From the NCBI GenBank assembly GCA_052168235.1, contig JBQLZK010000012.1, positions 44,038 to 108,037 on the forward strand: 64,000 nt of DNA, given 5' to 3'. Each line of letters begins with the position of its first letter. Positions within the stretch are counted from its first letter, which is position 1. The notes under the pieces are model-generated. The model saw only the letters and a list, made by a program, of their open reading frames with translations. It was not told where the DNA came from and ran no database searches. Both the position numbers and the translations under genes were made by a program. Source of the DNA: Thainema sp. Lineage in GTDB: Bacteria; Cyanobacteriota; Cyanobacteriia; Phormidesmidales; Phormidesmidaceae. Of this stretch, positions 57,540 to 64,000 are shown one piece after another.

Positions 57540-58643
57540 GTGAATTTCCTCAACGTCATGACCGATTGGATCAAGTGCATATCTGACCTGATGGACGAGA
57601 TCAACGCCCAGTGGGACGCCGCCAAACGCACCATCAACAAGCAACTGGGTATCCAAGATCCAATCCACATCATGCCCTACTGCGGCTATGGCACCCCCCA
57701 GAAAATTTATCTGAAAGGGCGAGTTCTGCAAGACGAAGGCATTGCCCTGCGGGAAGAAGACGCGCCTGTTTGGAAAAATCTGCTGAACATGTATCGTCGG
57801 TTCGAGACCGATGAAGTGCCCGGTGTCCCGGTGCGAATTCACGTCGGCGAACAGCAGCAGGACGTGACGACCAACGACGAAGGCTTCTTCAATATCGAAA
57901 TTGAGCTAGAGCCAAACTGGACGAATTGCGATCGCATCTTGCAGCCCGTCCAGATGGAACTGCTCACGGATGAGTATCCCACTATGTCTGACTCAACCGA
58001 AGGTAACGTGCTGGTCGTATCCGATCAGGCCGAATTTGGCGTGATCAGCGACATCGACGACACGATCATGCACACAGCCGCAACCGACGTGCTGAAGATG
58101 ATCCAGATTGCGTACCTGGGTAATGCCCAAACCCGGCGTCCCTTCAACGGCGTGCCAGAGTTTTACCAAATGCTCCAGCAGGGTCGAACCGGAAAGGCGG
58201 GCAATCCCATCTTTTACGTCTCCAGCAGTGCCTGGAATATGTATGACGTGTTCGCCAAGTTTATGGAGCTAAGCGACGTTCCCAAAGGCCCAATTCTGCT
58301 GCGGGACATTGAACTCTCGCCTGCCAATTTGCTGAACTTTGACCACGAATCCCATAAGCGGGAGCTGATTCGCCCCATTCTGGAGCAGTTTTCTGAGTTG
58401 CGCTTCATCCTAATTGGCGACACCGGACAAAAGGATGCCGAGATCTACCATCAGCTTGCCCAGAATTATCCAGGCCGAATTATGGCCATCTATCTGCGCA
58501 ACGTCACGCCCGATAACAAAGAGCGTCTGCAACAATGGGAAGCTCTCGGCGAGTCGCTGAAGGCACAAGGAATTGAGTACCTGATTTTTTCTGACACCTT
58601 AACCCTCGTTAACCACGCCACCAATCAAGGTTGGATCACGTAG
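57540..58643 (+). CDS. App1/DUF2183 family phosphatase
   Basis: GVISDIDDT, FYVSSSAWN, GPILLRD, ILIGDTGQKDAEIY and AIYLR. Confidence 0.9.
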   Translation: MNFLNVMTDWIKCISDLMDEINAQWDAAKRTINKQLGIQDPIHIMPYCGYGTPQKIYLKGRVLQDEGIALREEDAPVWKNLLNMYRRFETDEVPGVPVRIHVGEQQQDVTTNDEGFFNIEIELEPNWTNCDRILQPVQMELLTDEYPTMSDSTEGNVLVVSDQAEFGVISDIDDTIMHTAATDVLKMIQIAYLGNAQTRRPFNGVPEFYQMLQQGRTGKAGNPIFYVSSSAWNMYDVFAKFMELSDVPKGPILLRDIELSPANLLNFDHESHKRELIRPILEQFSELRFILIGDTGQKDAEIYHQLAQNYPGRIMAIYLRNVTPDNKERLQQWEALGESLKAQGIEYLIFSDTLTLVNHATNQGWIT

Positions 58644-58922
58644 GGGCAATGTTTTGACTAATTACAACGAAGCGTCAAGAAGTATTTCAATTATTTGAGC
58701 AGAAAGTGCGATCGCAGTTTGCCAAAATCGCTACGCATCAATCACTTCAGCGATCTTTACTCTATTTATCGAGCTTCACTTCGCTTAACAGTAATAACTC
58801 ATATCGTCAGCCTGTTTGAGACAATCAAATTCAACCTCAACAACATGCCTCAACAACATGACTGATCTCTGATTTAGGCTTTTTTACCTACTTCTTCACA
58901 ATAGGAGATTGCTGATTTTATT

Positions 58923-58965
58923 ATGAGTTGTGATGTGGGGGCACCGCCCCCACATCACAACTCAT
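58923..58965. repeat. Perfect 20-bp-arm hairpin upstream of chlB
   Basis: ATGAGTTGTGATGTGGGGGC-ACC-GCCCCCACATCACAACTCAT; shares GTTGTGATG with the 3030 hairpin. Confidence 0.85.
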
Positions 58966-59064
58966 CCCCAGATTAAGCAATGCCATTTCACAGTAGGGCA
59001 GAAAACCTATTCAGCGTGGCCTATTAACCAAGCGATATTTAGAGAACACTAGGGAGAATTGTGT

Positions 59065-60591
59065 ATGAAACTGGCTTATTGGATGTATGCAGGCCCCGCC
59101 CACATTGGCACCCTCCGCATTGCCAGTTCCTTCAAGAACGTCCACGCAATTATGCACGCCCCAATTGGTGATGACTACTTCAATGTCATGCGCTCCATGC
59201 TGTCGCGGGAGCGCAACTACACGCCTGTAACCACCAGCGTCGTCGATCGCAACGTGTTGGCGCGGGGTTCGCAAGAGAAAGTGGTGGACAACATCACCCG
59301 TAAGGATCAAGAAGAAAATCCTGATTTGATTGTGCTGACGCCGACCTGCACCTCCAGCATTTTGCAGGAAGACTTGCAGAACTTTGTCGAGCGGGCCCAA
59401 ATCGAGTCCAAAGGCGACGTGATGCTGGCGGATGTCAATCACTATCGCGTCAACGAGATTCAGGCAGCAGACCGCACTCTGCAACAAATCGTCCAGTACT
59501 ACACCGAAAAGGCTCGCAAGAAGGGTGAACTGCCCGAAGGCAAGACCGAAAAGCCGTCGGTCAACATCCTCGGCATGACCACGCTGGGCTTCCACAACAA
59601 CCACGACACCACTGAGCTGAAGCGCTTGATGGCCGACTTGGGGATTGAGATCAATGAAATCATCCCGGAAGGTGCGTCGGTACATAACCTGAAGAACTTG
59701 TCTCGCGCCTGGTTTAACCTGGTGCCCTATCGCGAAATTGGCCCGATGACGGCTAGCTATCTGCAAGAGCAGTTCGGCATGCCCCACGTGGACATCACGC
59801 CGATGGGAATCGTCGAAACGGCCCGCTTCATTCGCACCATTCAGAAACTGCTGAACGAACAAGGTGTTGATGTCAATTACGAAGAGTACATCGACAATCA
59901 AACCCGGTTTGTCTCGCAAGCGGCCTGGTTCTCCCGCTCCATTGACTGTCAGAACCTGACGGGCAAGAAAGCGGTCGTGTTTGGCGACAATACCCACGCG
60001 GCGGCAATGACCAAGATTCTGGCGCGGGAGATGGGCATTCACGTGGTGCTGGCTGGCACCTACTGCAAATACGATGCCGACTGGTTCCGTGAGCAGGTGG
60101 GTGAATACTGCGATGAGATTCTGATCAGCGATGACAACGGTGCGATCGCAGATAAAATCGCCAAAGCTGAACCGTCTGCCATCTTCGGCACCCAAATGGA
60201 GCGCCACGTCGGCAAGCGGTTGAACATTCCCTGCGGCGTAATTGCGGCTCCGATTCACATTCAGAACTTCCCGGTGGGCTACAAGCCGTTCGTGGGTTAC
60301 GAGGGTGCAAACCAGATTGTCGATCTGGTCTACAACTCGTTCACCCTGGGCATGGAAGATCACCTGCTGGAAATCTTCGGCGGCCACGACACCAAAGAGG
60401 CGATTACCAAAACCATGTCCGCCGATTCTGACCTGATGTGGACAAAGGATGGCCTGACCGAGCTGAACCGGATTCCCGGTTTCGTGCGCGGCAAAGTGAA
60501 GCGCAATACCGAGAAATTCGCCCGCGATCGCGGCATCTCGGAAATCAGCGCTGAGGTGCTATACGCCGCTAAAGAAGCTGTCGGAGCTTAG
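59065..60591 (+). CDS. chlB: Dark-operative protochlorophyllide reductase subunit B
   Basis: [35 protein letters not shown] and [14 protein letters not shown]. Confidence 0.98.
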   Translation: MKLAYWMYAGPAHIGTLRIASSFKNVHAIMHAPIGDDYFNVMRSMLSRERNYTPVTTSVVDRNVLARGSQEKVVDNITRKDQEENPDLIVLTPTCTSSILQEDLQNFVERAQIESKGDVMLADVNHYRVNEIQAADRTLQQIVQYYTEKARKKGELPEGKTEKPSVNILGMTTLGFHNNHDTTELKRLMADLGIEINEIIPEGASVHNLKNLSRAWFNLVPYREIGPMTASYLQEQFGMPHVDITPMGIVETARFIRTIQKLLNEQGVDVNYEEYIDNQTRFVSQAAWFSRSIDCQNLTGKKAVVFGDNTHAAAMTKILAREMGIHVVLAGTYCKYDADWFREQVGEYCDEILISDDNGAIADKIAKAEPSAIFGTQMERHVGKRLNIPCGVIAAPIHIQNFPVGYKPFVGYEGANQIVDLVYNSFTLGMEDHLLEIFGGHDTKEAITKTMSADSDLMWTKDGLTELNRIPGFVRGKVKRNTEKFARDRGISEISAEVLYAAKEAVGA

Positions 60592-60675
60592 CTTATCGTC
60601 AAGTTCCCTGATAAATAAGTTCGATATGCTGGGGATATTCCAACGGGATATCCCCATTTTTCGAGTCTGCTAATT

Positions 60676-61254
60676 ATGACGCTGCTGACGTTGGACTTGC
60701 GCCCCATATTGCACCTCACGCATGAGCAATTTGAACAGATTGCCCTTGCCAATCCTGATGTGCGTATTGAATTAACGGCTGATGGAGAACTTGAGCTAAT
60801 GCCACCAACAGGCGGCAGTACTGGACGACGCAACTCTGACTTGACCTATCAAGTCACGGCTTGGAATCGACAAACCCAACTCGGGGAAGTCTTTGATTCA
60901 TCGACGACATTTCGGCTACCAAATGGTGCTGAACGCTCACCGGATGTTGCCTGGGTCAGTTGCGATCGCTGGTCTGCGCTATCAGCAGAAGAACAAGATG
61001 CGTTTCCGCCGCTGTGCCCTGATTTTGTGATTGAACTGCGTTCCAAAACCGATTCACTCAAAAAGCTACAGGCCAAGATGCAGGAGTATATGGAAAATGG
61101 TTGTCAGCTTGGTTGGCTGATTGATCCAGCAAGTCGCACAGTCACAATTTACCGATCCAATCAAGCACCAGAAGTTCTGGCCTCACCTCTAACGGTTTCG
61201 GGTGAATCGATTTTACTGGGTTTCGAGCTAGACACTCAACGAATTTGGACGTAA
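60676..61254 (+). CDS. Uma2 family (DUF820) endonuclease-fold protein
   Basis: FDSSTTFRLPNGA.RSPDVAW, PDFVIELRS and KMQEY...LGWLIDP. Confidence 0.93.
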   Translation: MTLLTLDLRPILHLTHEQFEQIALANPDVRIELTADGELELMPPTGGSTGRRNSDLTYQVTAWNRQTQLGEVFDSSTTFRLPNGAERSPDVAWVSCDRWSALSAEEQDAFPPLCPDFVIELRSKTDSLKKLQAKMQEYMENGCQLGWLIDPASRTVTIYRSNQAPEVLASPLTVSGESILLGFELDTQRIWT

Positions 61255-61460
61255 GTATTGCAGTAGATTGCTTTGTGCTCAGCAGACTATCACTAACATG
61301 GCATAACCATCTTTAGCAGCATCAATCGCTACTTGATTTGTCGCCGAAACGGCTTAGTCATAAGCGAGCTATGCAGATGTTTCTACATAATCAGCGAAAA
61401 AATCGGTGAACTCAATCCTTTAAAATACTATGGCGCTCCAATGATTCACCGGATATCCTT

Positions 61461-62651
61461 ATGCAATCGTTTCGTCTTGATCCCTATTTATGGATTCACC
61501 TGGCCGGATTGGCCGCATTGCCCATTCTGCTGGAGGTTTGCCTACTGGGTTTAGCGGTTGGTTATCCTCTGCTGCCGCCCGTCCTAGAAGTGGCCATTCT
61601 AGCCGCGATTGGGATTGCGCCGATTCTGTGGATGCAGTGGACGCGTCCCTTTTACATCTTTAGCTTGATGGCCGTGGCGCTCCAGCCGGAAAAGCTGAGC
61701 GACCAGCAGCGGCAAATGCTGCGCTTTTTCAAAACGCCAGTGGCCAAGGCTTTTACCCTGATTGCACCCGTAATCTTGATTTGGGTGCTCTGGCAGCTCT
61801 ACAAGCTAGCTCCTATTGCCGCTGACTTTACGCCGATTTCGTCTCAGTTACGAATTGTGGGATTGCTGGTAGCCGCGATCGCATTTTTGGCTTGCAACTT
61901 ATTTCTGCAAGTCCCCCTCAGCGTGCTGCATGTGCTGCTGGTTTCACCCCAGTCAGTCGAAAACGCAGAAGCCTACTCAATCGCCGAGATTCCGCAGAAC
62001 TTTACGCTGATCGGTCTGCGAATTCCCAAAATTTTGCCGGAATTGAAGGCGGAGCCGAAGACTGCGCCAGTTGATGTGCCGAGACGGGATGAGGAGCAAG
62101 AGGAGCAGGAGGAAGGACTGGTTGAGCCAGAGTCTGCTGATGTTTGGGAAGAAGATACGATTGTTGAGGACGAGGGAGAAGGTGCGATCGCAGATTTATC
62201 AGACTCACAACTGACGGAATTCGAGCGAACGGCATCTGAATCTGTAGATAGAGAAGAGGTGTCGTCTGCATCGGATGCATCAGAGGAACTAGACGAAACC
62301 GCCGGTGAAACGGATGAAGTGTATACAGCCGTCGATGAATCGATTCAAGTGACGGATCAGGCGGTTGAAGAGACGATTACAGAAGTGGAATTGGACGCAA
62401 CGGATGAATTAGAAGATGAAGCATCGGATGCGGAGGCTGCATCGGAGCGAGAGCAGGCACCAGAACTATCTGTTAGTGAGGCTGACATAGCTGAAGCTGC
62501 GGAGGCTGCCGATGCTGAGTCAGAATCTTCTCCTCCCGCAACGGCAGCGAACGAAGACGAGGCCACTGAGGATAAAATCGCTGAAGATGATGATACGAAT
62601 ACAGCGGAACCAGAAACCGCGACAGACATTAATGAGGATGATAAAGACTGA
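61461..62651 (+). CDS. Cyanobacterial low-complexity tail membrane protein
   Basis: DPYLWIHLAGLA, PILWMQW.RPFYIFS, NLFLQVP, about 4 TMs and a long D/E-rich tail. Confidence 0.85.
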   Translation: MQSFRLDPYLWIHLAGLAALPILLEVCLLGLAVGYPLLPPVLEVAILAAIGIAPILWMQWTRPFYIFSLMAVALQPEKLSDQQRQMLRFFKTPVAKAFTLIAPVILIWVLWQLYKLAPIAADFTPISSQLRIVGLLVAAIAFLACNLFLQVPLSVLHVLLVSPQSVENAEAYSIAEIPQNFTLIGLRIPKILPELKAEPKTAPVDVPRRDEEQEEQEEGLVEPESADVWEEDTIVEDEGEGAIADLSDSQLTEFERTASESVDREEVSSASDASEELDETAGETDEVYTAVDESIQVTDQAVEETITEVELDATDELEDEASDAEAASEREQAPELSVSEADIAEAAEAADAESESSPPATAANEDEATEDKIAEDDDTNTAEPETATDINEDDKD

Positions 62652-62796
62652 GTAGGGTCAAATCTGCACTGAATAAGCTAGCTTAGATAATTGATGAGCG
62701 CGTGAGCCTCCCAAGTCTTCCTAGCTCCTTCGCTTTCTTGTACAGACCTTTGCAGCTCTCCCTTTCCTTATCTGCTGATTCACCCAACCGACACCC

Positions 62797-63585
62797 GTGA
62801 CTCAACCTGAAGTTATCAAACAGTTACTCGAAGCCGTTGCTCAAGGAGCCGTTGATCCTGATGTGGCACTGGAAAAGCTGAAGCATTTTGACTTTGAACC
62901 GATCGAGGAATACGCTCGAATCGACCATCACCGATCGCTGCGGACGGGCTTCCCAGAGGTGATTTGGGGGCCAGGTAAAACGCCGGAGCAAATTGTCGGC
63001 ATCATCAACGCCATGCGCGATCGCAACCCAATCGTAATGGCCACGCGGATTGAGCCGGAGGTCTACGCCAAGCTGCAGGCGGAGATTCCAGAGATGCACT
63101 ACTATGCTCAGTCGCGCATTTGTGCCTTGATTGAAACGGAAATTGAGCCACGCTATCCGGGTGTGATTAGCATTTTGTCGGCGGGAACCGCAGATTTAGC
63201 GGTGGCAGAAGAAGCGGCGATTACTGCAGAGTTGTCGGGATTTGAGGTGAAGCGGCTCTGGGACGTGGGCGTGGCTGGAATTCATCGCTTGCTGAGCAAT
63301 CGCCATGTGGTGCAGTCAGCGGACGTGCTGATTGTGGTGGCAGGCATGGAAGGTGCACTGCCCAGCGTGGTGGCGGGCATGGCTGACTGTCCGGTGATTG
63401 CAGTGCCGACGAGTATTGGCTACGGTGCGAGTTTTAATGGTCTTGCGCCCCTGCTGACGATGCTGAACTCCTGCGCGGCAGGTATCGGTGTGGTGAATAT
63501 TGACAACGGCTTTGGCGCTGCGGTGCTAGCCGGACAGATTTTGCGAACCGCTGCACGAGTTGCAATTAAGGAACAAAATTGCTGA
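62797..63585 (+). CDS. larB: LarB / CpmA (AIR carboxylase-like) protein
   Basis: IDHHR..RTGFPEV, AGTAD..VAEEA, DVGVAGIHR, AGMEGAL and VPTSIGYG. Confidence 0.9.
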   Translation: MTQPEVIKQLLEAVAQGAVDPDVALEKLKHFDFEPIEEYARIDHHRSLRTGFPEVIWGPGKTPEQIVGIINAMRDRNPIVMATRIEPEVYAKLQAEIPEMHYYAQSRICALIETEIEPRYPGVISILSAGTADLAVAEEAAITAELSGFEVKRLWDVGVAGIHRLLSNRHVVQSADVLIVVAGMEGALPSVVAGMADCPVIAVPTSIGYGASFNGLAPLLTMLNSCAAGIGVVNIDNGFGAAVLAGQILRTAARVAIKEQNC

Positions 63586-63587
63586 GT

Positions 63588-64000
63588 TTAAGGAGCAACG
63601 CCTAGGCTTTGCAGCTCTTGCTCAGTTTCTTGGCGAAGTTCACTATTGCTAGATAATTCAAGTGCCTTTTGAAAGTCTTGAATAGCTTGTTCTAGATCAC
63701 CCTTACCTTTATATGCCTGCCCACGATATAAATACCGTTCTGCTACATCACTTCCTAGCTTGATAGCATAATTTAGGTCATCGATAGCTCTATCAAAATC
63801 CTCCTGCCCAAGATAGGCAAAACCTCGACTACCATATGCGTAAGCATTATCAGGACTTAATTCAATCGCGTGATTTAGGTCTTTAATAGCTTGTTCATAT
63901 TGATTTAATTTAGCATAGGTGTAACCTCGATTGTTATAAGCCAACGCATAATCAGGATCGATTTGAATCGCTTTATCATAGTCGGCAATTGCTTTTTTGT
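63588..64000 (-). CDS. TPR repeat protein, 5' end outside the window
   Basis: AIADYDKAIQIDP..ALAYNNRG repeats; frame open to the window end. Confidence 0.9.
   Translation of the reverse strand, partial: KKAIADYDKAIQIDPDYALAYNNRGYTYAKLNQYEQAIKDLNHAIELSPDNAYAYGSRGFAYLGQEDFDRAIDDLNYAIKLGSDVAERYLYRGQAYKGKGDLEQAIQDFQKALELSSNSELRQETEQELQSLGVAP

Noticed and set aside
59011..60387. 458-aa minus-strand ORF
   Set aside because: Antisense shadow of chlB caused by strong codon bias; no recognisable motifs.
62040..62651. Acidic low-complexity tract as a novel repeat
   Set aside because: Expected tail of the low-complexity tail membrane protein family; no nucleotide periodicity seen.

Overview
Cyanobacterial chromosome segment: abundant HIP1 GCGATCGC sites, chlB, cruF/cruG, Uma2, pentapeptide and CHAT genes. 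The backbone is ordinary housekeeping: coaE, cysK, the yqeG-mltG-DUF3727-ruvX block, cruFG, cydAB, an HtrA protease, chlB and larB. Four accessory regions stand out. (1) 8.5-13.6 kb: one ORF fusing a GT2 glycosyltransferase, a signal-like segment, a filamentous-haemagglutinin/TPS domain and a CHAT protease. (2) 18.5-26.7 kb: a stand-alone A-T-R NRPS-like enzyme with an Ala-type specificity code, followed by a Cache-domain hybrid kinase and a receiver-kinase, a possible signal synthase/sensor module. (3) 43.0-48.1 kb: Asp/Glu racemase, peptidoglycan-binding solute-binding protein, DAACS symporter and an output-less Cache/HAMP protein, a possible D-amino-acid module. Regions 2 and 3 are each preceded by the same 75-bp hairpin element. 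(4) 52-57.4 kb: a HIP1-punctuated island with a decayed ParDE pair, an AT-rich two-gene cassette with a PD-(D/E)xK-like nuclease (candidate defence system), a degenerate self-complementary 21-bp tandem array, a small gene with a structured, possibly antisense-regulated leader, and an orphan double-glycine peptide precursor. No rRNA, tRNA, CRISPR array or transposase was recognised. All calls come from reading motifs by eye; no searches were run.
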